Of a stretch of 64,000 bases of DNA, positions 38,252-52,311 are shown in pieces. The stretch comes from Paraspadella gotoi (lineage: Eukaryota > Animalia > Chaetognatha). Within the stretch, counting starts at the first letter, position 1. Every line of letters begins with the position of its first letter. A model generated the notes under the pieces. It saw nothing but the letters and a program-made list of their open reading frames with translations, was not told the DNA's origin and searched no databases. The translations under genes and the position numbers were made by a program. Location: the NCBI GenBank assembly GCA_051294375.1, contig CM119264.1, positions 15,837,049 through 15,901,048 on the forward strand, given 5' to 3'.

Positions 38252-40377
38252 ACAATTCTATTAATAAATATAAGTAACTTTTTAAAGAAATTTATCATCC
38301 CTCACCCTATATTCAGTCATATCTACAAAACAAAAAAAGATTTTGCATTGATATTTTGTATATGAACATATGAAACTAAAACATTTCAAAAAATTTTTTA
38401 AAAAATAATAATATTGAACAGCGAACTTTTTTTATGCACGGAACAGTAACGTTACGCCATTTTTCATTGTGTCATAAATAAAAAATATAGATATGAAAAA
38501 GATAAAAAAGAAGAAAGCATTTTTTTGGACAACTCATTTTCTTTGGCATGGAACTCTTGTACTTTTTGTCGTACATAATTGAGACACAGCTCATATGAAT
38601 CACAATAAGCCAAAGTTTTCTAATATCTAAATTTTATTTTTTAATTCTCACATTAAAATGCCGAAAAAAAATCTGGAAAGTAACCGCGACAATTTTTTTT
38701 TTCATCATGGTATAAATCAAAAAATACATAAAAATTTTGAATCTATTGACATTCAATAATTTTTCTAAAACGATGACAGCATTAAAAACCATTTTTTTCT
38801 ATTTAAGTATAGAAAATTTAAATTTTTTAAACAAAATATTTATGATATGCTCTATGTACTTTATAAAAGTGTTTTAGTTATTACATTCCCTAATATTATA
38901 AAATAATTGTTCCGAATTACCCACATGCTGGGCTAATTCGGAACACTTCAATTTTTTAAAAAATGCAGCCCCTAGTCGCCGCAGGATTAAAACGCCTACA
39001 TCAACCTGTAGTGGGGACACTTTCCTAAGTATATCGCCATAAAATTTTATTTCAGAAATATATTTCCTTAAAAAAGTGTTCCGAATTACCCCGCACTACC
39101 CATCTATGTATTTTTTTCTATGGAATTTACTTTTCAAGTAAGGCTCAATTATTTAGAGTCATTTGAAAAAAATCATAATGTAATAATCTTAAAAATATTA
39201 GAAAACCCAAAATAGGTTTATAATGTCGGATCTGCCCACGTTCATTAGAGGTAATTAATTTATTAAATCAAGTTAATTAATAAATTAGGCAATTAATTAA
39301 TTAATTTGATCCGAAATGTTTGTTTTTAAGTCTTTTCATCACTGACCATGACAAAAGCAACAACAATGATGGCAACGTGGATTATATTATATTATAAGTG
39401 GATTATAGAGTCGGAATCTGCGTTAAGCAGATCCGACTAAAAAATGCGCGTTGAATTTGTAGAGACTGGACGGCTATGATTGTTATAGATTCAGTCCAAA
39501 AACTAAATAATCAGCAGGAGAAGACTACTTGATCAACAGTATGCCCACAACGTTGACCGATTTATGTCGTATTGTGTAAAATAGTGAATAAATAACCTAT
39601 TTTCATAGTTTGATTAAGAATAAGGACGCCTGGGTTAATGGGTAAAATTATACTTATTTTAAAAAACCACGTAAAAATATATAGGCCAAAAGATTATTTG
39701 CAAAACAAAGATGTCTATTCACTGCCAATATTTAGCTTGTCCTATATTGAAAAAATAAAGAAAGAGAAGTGCTTATGGCAAGACAATTAAAAAATTGGAA
39801 GTTTAAGCTCGATAGAGTGACCAGTGAATCACAGCATCTGCTGCATAAAAGTTTTTTACCTTAATTTTTCAAGAAAAATCAGTTCGAGAAGAGGGGATAT
39901 TCCTTAACTATCCTGAGGTTCCAACCTGTAAAATCTTATTTTTTATTTTGGTGATTTAGAACTTGAAAGGTTTGTAAGCAGAAACCAAAGTTGTTATGAG
40001 CATTCGACTTTTGTAATGGTAAAAAATTAAAACCCTCTTTTGGACAAGATTTTTTGCTCCATGAAGAAGAATTTTTTCTAGCGATGCCGAGTTTTTTGTA
40101 CTGCTTTTGATAGCATTTTGAGAATGTTTTAAAGCGTTTTTAATTGGTGTTATAAATTCTTATTGGCATATAGTTTACTTATAATTAATTTTTCTTTCGT
40201 ATCATCGGATTTGGCTCACGGGGTAGGTAAGGGTTATTTTGGGTAATGGTTGGTTAGGTATAAGGGTGGTTGGTAGGGTGAAGTGAAAGTTTGTAATCAA
40301 AATTTAGCAGTTATATCTTGAAAACTATCATATTAGTGAATACTAATCTGTAATTATTTATTTTTTTTATAAATATA

Positions 40378-40675
40378 TACATGGTCACAATTTTACAAGC
40401 GCCGGTAGAAATACGCTGTCATTTGCAAACCAGTGGTTATTTCATTGATTTTAAAAATTAGTTGAGTAGAACATATTAAAGTCATTTATGTGTTCAAATT
40501 TTATATTGATCAGTTAAGATATGCCTTAACAATGAGTGGAGAAAGTTGGCTTGTCAAATCGGGTTTCATTTTCCAACTGTTTTTAAATTCATTTTTTTTT
40601 GAACTTTTAGCACTTTTTAAAACAAAGTATTTATTAAAATAATAACAATATTAATATCCTCAGAAAGCCCTTAAA
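40378..40675. repeat. Interspersed repeat next to the transposase relic
   Basis: Inverted copy at about 44270-44555, partly duplicated in tandem at 44010-44210. Confidence 0.7.
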
Positions 40676-41817
40676 AATATAAAGAGAAATATATACTTAC
40701 GAATACTGTAGTATAGACGAGAATCTCGCTTAAAAAAAAATTCAACCATTTTTCTAAATAGAGAATTCCGTTCCAATCTGACTACCCAAATTGCAAACGC
40801 GTTTGCCAGAAATTCGGTTAAAAACACATTGTAAAAACGCACGATTCCGAGAGCGTTACATCTGAAGAGCTTGTCCTATTCCGTTTTATGGCATTTGATA
40901 AAGGATTTAATATCAAACAAGCCAGGGGAAATGCACTACTCATCTCCGGAGAATTTTCAAACCTCATTTTACTATAGAAATGAAAGGGAAAGTTTACAAA
41001 CTTAAAATTGCAAACAGGATTGCTATATGTTCCTGTTACATGAGCGACTTCGAATTTCGCGATTCTGATAGCTTTTGTGTCTGAAGAGCTTGTCCTATTT
41101 TTCTTTTTTCATTTTATAATGATTTTGACATAAAATGATCAGGTTTAAATGAAATAGTCCGGTTTGAATCGCGAAATTTTTATTCAAAAAGAAATTAAAA
41201 GGAAGGTTGAGAAAAAAACTGATTTTTCCTAATATCTTTTGAAGGAATAAAGATAAAGGGATGGCAATAGTACCAAAATGAAGCCATAATCATAGGGCAC
41301 ATACAAGATACAATTTAGAATTACTTATGCTAGAACCTCCTTACAGGGTTAGTGTCAAACTAAGTCAAAATTATAATGAATTTTAAAACTAATGACACCC
41401 CATAGAAGATAAATGAAAATTTAATTCTTTTTAATGATTCTGAAAGAAAAAAGGCTAAATTGTAAAACTTTAAAGTTTTTTTGATAAAGAAAATTCAAAT
41501 TTTTTGTCACTTAAATATTTGCTCGTCTGATTTTACAAGCATGCTTACAAAATTCTACAAAATATTATTTACCCCATCACAGCCTAAGTATTTATCCTTC
41601 TTTTCCACCAGCAAAAAGTAAACATTATCTTATTGAAGAGAACAGGGATGTTTACTGAAAGGAGCCGGAAGCCATTCAACTTCTTCACTTTGATGTTATT
41701 TTTCAATTATAAAATAAGCGAATTTTTTAATTATTTAATCACAGGCTTCATAAGATATTACACTTTCATAATATCCCAATGTTAATGTAATTTATTATAT
41801 TTTTTACCAGAAATCTT

Positions 41818-42503
41818 GGTAATTATCCTTTTCTTTTTTCGTTGTTTGAGAGATTAACAAAGTTTGATTTTATTTTTGCAACGAATTTTATTTTACAAGA
41901 GCAGACATGTTTCGGCTCAGTGCTCACAATACGAGCCTTCATCAGCGCATAAGAGTTGTGAACTTGATACAAGTTTTTAGTTAAAGAAAGAGAGAGAGAG
42001 AGAGAGGGTTATAGGTTTCCAACAAAAAATTGAGTAAGGACAGTGATCAGTGGTGAGGACAGATTTTTAGAAGTGGCTAGTTTGAATAAGTTTTGAAAAG
42101 AAGTGAAAATTGGTGAGAGAGACAGAGAGAGAGAAAAATAAATAAATAATTACATTTGAGCAATGTACAACATAGATAAAGATAATGGAAACTGTTTATT
42201 AACAAATTGAAATAAATTAATTTTTTGAAATTGAAAAGTTGAAATTGAAATTGAGAAGTTGAAAATTGAGATTTTAGAGGGATAGATAAGTAAAATTGTA
42301 GTGAAATATAAGAATTAAGAAAGAGCTCAAAATGAAACCTTTAACCCCCTCTCTCTCTCTCTCCTCTCTCTCTTTTCTTTAACTAAAAACTTGTATCAAG
42401 TTCACAACTCATATGCGCTGATGAAGGCTCGTATTGTGAGCCGAAACATGTCTGCTCTTGTAAAAAAAATTTGTTGCAAAAATAAAATCAAACTTTGTTA
42501 AAC
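41818..42503. mobile_element. ORF-less Penelope-like element with inverted pseudo-LTRs and two hammerheads
   Basis: Long arm 41854-42345 and short inverted arm 42349-42501. Hammerheads at 41904-41945 (-) and 42418-42452 (+): CTGATGA-A-GGCTC...GAGCC-GAAA-CATGTC. Imperfect TSD CCAG(A/G)AATCTT. Confidence 0.8.
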
Positions 42504-43024
42504 CCAGGAATCTTAAAATAACAGAAAGTTGTGAATTCCCTTCGCTCGTTAAAGAAAAAAAAATTAACTAGCGGAATTATAAGTTTGTAAGAGGAAGTCA
42601 GAATCGGCGAAAATCTTAAAAGGCGAGAATGTTGAAAAAAAGGGGTGGAATTTTGATGGATTTCCTAAGATTTCTCCACAATGTGAGGTCCGATTAAAGC
42701 GAAACTTGAGATTTACAATATTCCCATCATTCCACATCTATCGATATAAAAATATAAGAAAAAAAGTCACTGGCTTCTTTTTCTATAGCGGCTTCCTATG
42801 TAGTATAAAATTTAACTGGCCCAGCTTTAATTTAATTAGGATATTCAAAAACGAGACATCTTTTTTAAAAATCAATAGCTGTAGAGTAAATTTATAATTT
42901 TTATCAAATTGTGATTGGCTATCTTAAATCTTTTTTTCTCAGGCTCTTTCATGATACTTATATAAATATAATATTTTTTGTTATAAACTAATTTAAACAG
43001 GTCATATATTTTGAAAAAAGATTT

Positions 43025-43781
43025 GTAGACATTGTTGTGATTCTTTCTTTTTCGTTGTGTTTGTGTTTAAGGAATAACAGATTTTTAATGTGTAACAACA
43101 AATTTTTATTTCATAGGGACATGTTTCGACTCTGTGGTTTAGAGTCTTCATCAGCATTTGATTCAATCAACAATTTTCTCTTTAATGTTAGTTTTTAGAG
43201 AGAGAGAGAGAAAGAGAGAGAGACAAAAAGAGGGAGATTCCAACAAAGAATTGAGTAAGGACAGTGGTTAGATGTGAGGACAGGTGAAGGTAAGGGCAAG
43301 GAAGAAGATAAATTGGTTGAAATTTTGAAAGGTGAAAAAATTGAGGGAGAGAGAGAGAATAACAGAGGCAGAGAAAATAGTTACATTTGGTAATGTACAA
43401 CAAATTAAAATGGACAAACCTAATGTTAATCTGGTAGTAACAAATCAATTAATAACTTAGTTTAACTATTAAGGATGAAATATGAAAGGGAAAATAAGTT
43501 GTTAGGGATAGTTAAGTGAAGATGTTAGTGAAATTAAGATAAAGAGCTCAAAAAAGAGCTGTTACTACTAGATTAAAATTAAGTTTGTCCATTTTTACTT
43601 TGTTGTACATTACCAAATGTAACTATTTTCTCTGCCTCTGTTATTCTCTCTCTCTCCCTCAATTTTTTCACCTTTCAAAATTTCAACCAATTTATCTTCT
43701 TCCTTGCTCTTAGCTTCACCTGTCCTCACATCTAACCACTGTCCTTTCTCAATTCTTTGTTGGAATCTCCCTCTTTTTGTC

Positions 43782-43816
<35 letters not shown>

Positions 43817-43942
43817 AAAAACTAACATTAAAGAGAAAATTGTTGATTGAATCAAATGCTGATGAAGACTCTCAACCACAGAGTCGAAACATATCCCTAT
43901 GAAATAAAAATTCGTTGTTACACATTACAAATATGTTATTCC
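43025..43942. mobile_element. ORF-less Penelope-like element with inverted pseudo-LTRs and two hammerheads
   Basis: Arms about 43069-43560 and 43564-43944. Hammerheads at 43118-43154 (-) and 43859-43895 (+). 14-bp TSD TTGAAAAAAGATTT (43011-43024, 43943-43956). Confidence 0.82.
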
Positions 43943-44686
43943 TTGAAAAAAGATTTAAAATTTTAAATAATTTACTTTTGACACTCTTAATTGAACCAAG
44001 GCTGGGCAGCTTACTTTTTATGTTAGTGCTTTCGTAAGTATATCATTCTCTTCATTTTTTTAAGGGCTTTCTGAAGATATTAATATTGTTAATATTTTAA
44101 TAAATACTTTGTTTAAAAAAAAATAAAAGTTCAAAAAAAAAAAGAATTTAAAAACAGTGAGTTGGAAAATGAAACCCGATTTGACAAGCCAACTTTCTCC
44201 ACTCATTGTTAATATTAATATTACTTTTTATGTTAGTGCTTTTGTAATTATATCAATCTCTTCATATTTTTAAGGCTTTCTGAAGATATTAATATTGTTA
44301 ATATTTTAATAAATACTTTGTTTTAAAAAAATGCTAAAAGTTCCAAAAAAAAACATTTAAAAACAGTGAGTTTGAAAATGAAAGCCGATTTTACAAGCCA
44401 ACTTTCTCCACTCATTGTCAAGGCATATCTTAACTGATCAATATAAAATTTTAACACATAAATAGTTTGTATTTTCTACTCAACTATTTTTTAAAATCAA
44501 TGAAATAACCACTGGTTTGCATATTTCTACCGGCGCTTGTAAAATTGTCACCATGTACAAATTAATAATACATTTGAATTCAACAAAAATATTCAGAAAT
44601 CGAAGATCAAAAATACTTAAAGCAGATCTATGTAAACAGATGTAAGTAAAATGGGATAACAAATGAAATGACTTCCTGTATTATAG

Positions 44687-45610
44687 CTATATATTACCGG
44701 CCTTGAGATTAATTTTTGAGTAACGGTTTTGATCTACTTTTTTAACAAAATAGTTATGAGAAATGTTTCGAAAATCGGCGTGCACTGCTTCACTTGCAGA
44801 CTCATTAAGAACAGCTAAACCAAAGCCATACATCTCGATAACCTCTGACATATGCACCGTTAGTAAATGCATTTTAGGAGTTTTACTTAGATTCAATTCT
44901 TTCCATGATTTTTTGAACTCATTTACGTAACGTATATACTATATAGTCTGTATCCACATCCTAAGAGAAGCACGAAGTTACAACAGAATCAAAGGCTTCA
45001 AAGGCTTTTAAAAAATTATAGTGCTCCAGTGGTAATAATTCATTCAAAACATAAGTATTTTTCAGGAGACTACGATATTCGTTCCCCTGTTTTATATTTA
45101 GAAATATAAAAAAAATGTTATATTTATTCAAAACCTTTTCCAACTCTGAGCAAAGTTCTTTCACTATTCCTAAATATCATATTATAATTAGGTGAGCTTA
45201 TTTGCTTATAAACGACAAATTGTACATATCCTATTGGGAAGACAGTAATTGTTTTCGTCATATGTGTTTGATACATTTCCTTTAATTTTTTCAATATAAA
45301 AATCTTCCGATCTGCTTTTAGCAAACAAACTTGCTCGATTGTCGTGATGATTGGTTGGCCCTGGATTGAGCTCTACACCGGTAATTATAAGTAATAATTT
45401 TTGACGCGGCGATATTTTTGCAGAGGATGATGTACCAAACGAAATGTAGAATGTGGAAAATATATAATATATGATTTACAACTTTAAGCTTTATTATTGA
45501 TTTTTAATAATTATGAGGTAAAATATATTTCTGTTAATTGTTTTCTTAACTTACTTAAGCAATCTCCATGCTTTACGATCTGCAATGCAAGGAATACCCA
45601 TAATAAAAAA
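44687..45610 (-). pseudogene. Decayed DDE transposase, Chapaev/Transib(RAG1)-like
   Basis: Frameshifted fragments CIADRK, GNEYRSLLKN and SKTPKMHLLTVHMSEVIEMYGFGLAVLNESASEAVHADF fit the K.H.L..H...G....E...E..H..F C-terminal motif of this group. Confidence 0.62.
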
Positions 45611-47403
45611 TGCATTCTTTAAATAACATAAATAAATATCTAACATATGAAAACAGAATATTCAAAGAAAGCAGAAAGCACTTTTAATGGTAAATCATTA
45701 ATGATTAATCATTAATCAAGTTTAAGAGAATGAGTGGAGGGTGTAAGAATTAATACCTCTTCGTGTTTTAGCTTCCTTTTCATACATCTTTCAATTATTT
45801 TATTATCTCTTGTACCTCTTGTCGGTTTATTCCTTTCCCTTCAATTTTAATTTATGGTTTAATAAATAATTTTTAAATTCATAAATATTAGAATTAATAT
45901 AAGATTTTATTCCATAGGAAACAAAAATAATATTTTAATATATATTACTAAAAAATATTAACTTATTAGCAGAATAAAAGACATTAAAAAGTATACCATG
46001 GGTAAGCCCAATAACAGTACTATCTGAATAATAACAAACTTGAATAAAATACTTTATAATTAAACTTGTTTAACAAATTAAATTTTTCCAAAAAAAAATT
46101 TTTTTTGGCTACCCTTATATAATGTTAACATTTTAAAATGGTTTTTTTAAAAATTCTGATAACAGATTCAGATTCCTCGTTAAAAGTTGATAGAATATAA
46201 TATATAAATCTTTTTCAAAAATTATGTTATTAAATAGGTTAAAATCATAAAAAAACTATATTTAAGATATCGATTTTTAATTTTTTAGTTTTTGATATAT
46301 TTGACCAACTTAATGAAATAATTTTTCAAAAATAATTTTTATATCAACTTTTTGTAAGGAACCCAAATCCGATCTTAAAATTAAAAAAATTGCATTTTGA
46401 AATTTTAGCCTATTTTATACTTAAATTACTTATTATTAGCAAAGGGATTTGTTTTTGGGCAAACAACGATTTTATTTAATATGTTTTATATTAAATAAAA
46501 TCGTTGTTTGCCCAACAACAAATCTCTTTGCTAATCAAAAACACTAATGTATGAAATTAAAAAATAAATTTACCAAAATATTTTTATTAGTTTTTATTTT
46601 CATGTTTTATATGCTAAATCTTAATTTTATAAAATTTTATTATTTTCTTATCACTCTAGTGGTTAGGTCTAGGGGAGGTTAGGATTAGGGGTCGTTTGGG
46701 GTTGTGAACGTTAAGAGTAGTTAAGGGAGGTTAGGGTTTGAATTCGTAAGGGGTAAAGGAGATTTTTGAAAAAGTTTATGTATTCTTACCACTTACTAGT
46801 GTTCCTTTTTTTTTGTGCGTAATGATATTTCTGATATTGTTGCTCGTAAGAAGCGAAAAAAACAAGTTTGAGCAAACAATGTCGGATCTGCCCACGATCA
46901 TTAGCGGTAATTAATTAATTAATACAAATTATATAAACTAAAAAATAATTTAATTAATAAATTAATTAATTTGATCCGAAATGTTTGTTTTTAGGTCTTT
47001 TCGTCACTGATCTCGACGAAAGCAAAGACGACGATGATGGCGATGACGACAATAATGCAGATAAAGATTGACTTGATTGATTGATTAATTGATTAAATAA
47101 TTTATTTATAAATAGTTTGATTGAATAATTGATTAATAGATAACTAAATAAATTGATTGATTGAATAATTAATTGATTATTTGACCAATTAATTATTTAT
47201 TAATGAATTGATTAATTGAATAATTAACTGATTAATTATTTGATTAATTAATACATCTTGCATTTAATATAAAAAGAAAAAGAAGCATAATCAATTAGTT
47301 TTTTGTTTTTTCGATTTAAACTCATTTCCACTCAGACGATTCCATCGAAACTTGATTTCCAGCCCCGTCCACTTATGAGTAATTGCCGTTCAAATAGTGA
47401 AAG

Positions 47404-49512
47404 TTTTTTTTATCGAGCCTTGACCGGCGAAGCCGGGTCAGAGCTCTATAATGTTTTAGGGTTGCTTCTTTGTGACGTAGTCGTCGCGTCGTCGTCGGTC
47501 CGTCACGCTGTTTTCATATATAAAAACTACTACGCTTTATATAGGTTTGGCTGTGATCTACCGTTTTTTTTAAAATAAAAATTATTATGAATTATGATAA
47601 AGTTTTACAAAAGTGTGCGATCATAGTAATTTAAAATTTAGATATGGCTTTTCATCTTGAAATAGCTGTGATATTTTCATATTACATTTGGATTTAAGTA
47701 TTTTTTGTTTGAATTTCCACTTCATTATGATTTACTGCAATATGCAAATGAGATTAAAGTACTCATTATAATATCCAAATTAGTATATAAAAATGCTTTA
47801 ATCTAATTTACATATTGCAGTATATAATATTGAAGATGAAATTCAAAAAATTGTGTATAAATTTTTAATAAAAATGGGACTCAAAGGATTTTTTTAATGA
47901 GAAGCTATATCTTAATTTTAATACAAATATAAATATCTTTTACAAGCTGCGATTGGAAAAATTGGAAAAATTTCCAATTGTAAACATTGTAACATTTTTT
48001 GCCTTTCTTTTTATTTCTTTAAATTACTATATATATATTTGTCTCTCTTCTATATGTTGTTTTTATATGTTGTTTTTTTATTAGCGTCTTTTTTCTGTTT
48101 ATGTGGTAGCGTCTGTATATGAAATTGGTACAACCAATATAAATATTTTATATGTTTTTTATTAGCGTCTTTTTTTGTGTTTATGTGGTAGCGTTTTCAG
48201 TAGGATGATGTAGGAATTATTTTTACTTAAAAAACAACAAAAAAAAAACAAAAAACAAAAAAACCAGACTGTCCTTTTGTGTATTGTTAGCGTCTCATTC
48301 GTTTTTAGCGTCTCTTTGTTTTTTTTATTAGTGTCTTTTTCTGTTGATCTGAGTGCTTATATTATATATATATTATATTATATATATATATACTGATTAT
48401 AGTTTGATATTTCTATTCATAGCAATGTGGTCCTCTGCCCTTTACTTTAACATATTAAACACTTTTATAATGTTTTAGTTTATTTTTTGCTCTCATGTTT
48501 TTCATTAATGCTTTATATTTTTTGTTTTTGTTCTTGTTTTCATATTTTTTGTTTTTGTTTTTATGCATTATCTTTGAACGTTTTATTAACATTGTTTTTC
48601 GTTTATGCTTTATATTTTTTGTTTTTGTCTTTGTTGTCATATTTTTGTTTATTTTTTACGCATTATCAAAAAATAAAAATTATAAATTTAAAATAAAAGC
48701 TATTGCTTCTCTTGACATTTGACATTTTTCGTTTTTTAGTTTTTCCGGTTTTATAATTTTTACATTTGATCTTTGAACGTTCCTGACAGTTATTTTTTAT
48801 AGTTTCTTATGTATTAGTTCATAACATTTATTAATGATTTAAACGCTAGTGTCTTTTGTTTTTATTGAATTTCAAATATGTAGTTTAGTTTTTACTTGTT
48901 TTCCAGTCTTTTTAAACGTTAGTGTCTTTTGTTTTTATTGAATTTCAATACATAGTTTAGTTTTCCAGTCTTTTACACTGTTACTGTTTATGATTATGTC
49001 AATACTGTTTTTGGTATTAATAATAAAAAAAAAAAAAAAATCTTTCTCTCTCTCTCTGATCGATTTCATGCTGATCGTTCGTTTTTTGAAAAATTCTGAT
49101 TATTTTTTTCCTTCTAAAAACTTTTATTATTGCCATTTATTCCGCGCTTTTTTCACAATACAAAATCCCAAATTTACATCCGAGATTCTCTTGGATTTGT
49201 TGGAGAAAATGTTAAGAATATCTTACTTTGACCTGCATTTCAACCAACTATGTCGAGGAACATGACCTAATAACGCGTTTTGATGGCAACAGAAACGTTA
49301 TGTGTATAAAAAAAATCAACTTGACCGAGATCACGTCGCCGTTGCTAGGCAAACGGATAACCGATATAAACGAGAGTGATCCTAATATTGCGTATCGGTT
49401 GGGCGGGAAAACTTTCTCTCTCTCTCTCTCTGTCTCTCTCTCTCTCACTCTCTCTATCTCTTTTTTTTTTTTTTTTTTAATTTTTAGTCACTTTTTTTTC
49501 ACCACGAGTTCC

Positions 49513-49563
<51 letters not shown>

Positions 49564-49598
49564 TACTCTCCTCTCTCTCTCATCTTTCTCTCTATCTG

Positions 49599-49635
<37 letters not shown>

Positions 49636-50700
49636 AGCTTCTTTCTCTCTCTCTTCTCTCTCTTTCTCTCTTTCTGACTCTCTCTCTCTGTACGATCTCT
49701 TGCGTGATCGTTCGTTTTTTTGAAAAATTCTGGTTATTTTTTTCCTTTTTAAAACTTTTGTTTTTATTTATTACTGTAACTTTGGACCGGTCGGCCCACT
49801 TTTAGCAAATTATATCAAAAATAGGAGTCGAGAAGAGAGATATAGACAAATTAAACATTACTTTTTTGTTATTCTGATAATTTGTACTATTATTAAATGT
49901 ATAAATATTTTTAGTGTATATATTAAATCATTTTTATCTTTTTTTAAACTAATAATTATTTTAGTTTTGTTAACTATTTATAAATTAATTAAATATGCAA
50001 ATATAAAATTGACCTCGGTCTGGTTTCTTCCTAAAAAAAGAACAATCAAAATTTTTATTCAAGATTAAAATTTATTAAAAATGAAAAATAAAATTTTTTT
50101 TGATAAGTAAAAAAAATATTTGGAATCAAAAAAATCATAGTCGTTAACTGAGTATTGTCAACTATATATTTTGTTAATAGGCGATTCTAATTTTATTTCT
50201 ATCACGTTCAAATATTTGTTTGTGGTCTCTCTCTGTCTCTCTCTCTCTCTGTCTCTCTGTGTGTGTCTCTCTCTTATTCTCTCTCGGTCTCTCTCTGTGT
50301 GTTCTGTCTCTCTCTGTATGATCTTTTGTGTGATCGTTCGTTTTTTGAAAAATTCTGATTATTTTTTTCCTTCTAAAAACTTTTATATCGCCATTTATTA
50401 TTTTATCTCAATACAAAATCCCAAAATACAATAACTTACTTAACCTAGATTTCGTGGTCGTTGCGGGGCAACAAGTAAACAAATGTCGAGGAACATGACC
50501 TAATAATGCGTTACGTGTAAAAAAAAAAATAACATGACCCAATTTCACGACGGATAACCGATATAAACGAGAGTGACCTAATAATGCGTCTCTGTTGGTG
50601 GGAAAATTCTCTCTCTCTCTCTCTTTCTCACTCTCTCCCTCTTTCTCTCTCTCTCTCTCTTCTATTTCCTTTTTTTTTACCAAAAAATTGTTATTCAGTT
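47404..50700 (+). mobile_element. Long HINE-like family 3 composite repeat; inverted relative at 61815-64000
   Basis: 5' TTTTATCGAGCC plus hairpin TGACC-GGCGAAGCC-GGGTCA. Matching 3' end AAATCTTAAAAGCATAAAGATCGAGCC at about 61818 (-). Blocks 47750-48050, 49060-49430, 49760-50040 and 50330-50620 recur inverted within 62200-64000. Confidence 0.6.
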
Positions 50701-50710
50701 TTTTTTTGCA

Positions 50711-50779
50711 TCAGCAGGGCGCGAACCCGAGTCCTTTGATTGGAGGTGCTCGCGCTACCTCCGAGGCTCCCGGACGAGT
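50711..50779 (-). repeat. Fragment of a family II-like LTR (tRNA-like head only)
   Basis: Reverse complement ctcgtccg...cggagg..gcgcgagcacctccaatcaaagga.tcgggttcgcgccct.ctga aligns with 35160-35245. Confidence 0.65.
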
Positions 50780-50904
50780 TCAGCTTCTCTATCTCTTTTT
50801 TAATTATATATTGCTCTCTCTCTCTCTTTTTCTCCGTCGCTATTGCTTCTGATTCTGATTTGTGACGTCGTCGTCGTCGTTGTCGTTGGCATCACACTTT
50901 TGAT

Positions 50905-51575
50905 CTTGCCAACTTGCATACTTTTTAAACTTGCATAATTTTTCAACTTGCATAATTTTATTCATAATTTTTCAACTTGCATAATTTTTAACTGCATAAT
51001 TTTAACTTGCATAATTTTTCAACTTGCATAATTTTTAACTTACTTGCATAATTTTTTAACTTGCATAATTTTTTAAACTTGCAAATTTTTTAACTTGCAT
51101 AATTTTTAACTTGCATAATTTTTAACTCATAATTTTTTCAACTTGCTTAATTTTTTCAACTTGCTAATTTTTCAACTTGCTTAATTTTTTCAACTTGCTT
51201 AATTTTTTCAACTTGCTTAATTTTTTTAACTCGCATAATTTTTTGCAACTTGCATTATTTTTTAACTTGCATAATTTTTTCAAAAACTTGTATACTTTTT
51301 TCAATTTGCATAATTTTTTTCACTTGAAAAAAATATGCTAGTTGAAAAAATTATGCAAGTTAAAAAAATTATGCAAGTTAAGAAAATTATGCAAGTTAAA
51401 AAAATTATGCTAGTTGAAAAAATTATGCAAGTTAAGAAAATTATGCAAGTTAAAAAAATTATGCTAGTTGAAAAAAATATGCTAGTTGAAAAAATTATGC
51501 AACTAGCATAATTTTTTTAACTTGCATAATTTTCTTAACTTGCATAATTTTTTCAACTTGCATAATTTTTTTATG
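50905..51575. repeat. About 18-bp minisatellite (AACTTGCATAATTTTTT)n with an internal inversion
   Basis: Tandem units. Orientation flips at about 51325-51500. Related 19-bp array at 58118-58226. Confidence 0.9.
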
Positions 51576-52311
51576 AAATTGGTACAACCAATATAAAAAT
51601 TATCCATTCATTTAATAAATAAGCTATCTTGCCCCTGACTTTGGACAGGCTTTGGTGGTTTAAAGCCTCCATCACTCTTACAAGATAATGACATAGCAGG
51701 TCCATGCAAGCTTTCAATCAAGACTCTCTCACAATCTCGTTTATTCACTCCCAGAGTACCTGGCTTTTTTATCAATGAAGTGGAAAATATTTCAAAGAAT
51801 GTTTCAATTGTATGAAAAGACCACTCCCTTAAGTATTAGTAATTTTTTATACTTGCATAATTTTTTTAACTTACATAATTTTTTTAACTTGCAGCATTTT
51901 TTCGACTTTTAACTATCTAGTTATCGAGTTTCATTAGTGAGGCAGTGAGGAAGTTGAAATGTGTGTCCATTTTCTTTGTTTCATATCGATTAAAATATTT
52001 TTTGTTTGAATTTCCATTTAATTATGATTTACTGCAATATGCAAATTAGATTATGGTAATTTTCTTTGATAGTAAAAAAAGGCGAGATCACTATACTTTT
52101 AAGATTTTTTTTTTTCTATTTAAACTCATTTGCACTCGCACGATTCATCGAAACTTTATATCCAACTCGGTAACACACTTCCCTACCCACACACAAAATT
52201 TCATTCCAATCCATCCATCCAATCACGAGTAATTGGAGTTTTTTGCTAAGGTGGGACGGACAGACAGACGGGCATAATTTATTTTTGCATAATTTATCAT
52301 AATTCGACATT

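Noticed and set aside
49228-49677. SL-rich and RE-rich ORFs (also 35733, 56914-57428, 62111-62579, 63316)
   Set aside because: These are translations of (CT)n/(GA)n and A-rich microsatellites.
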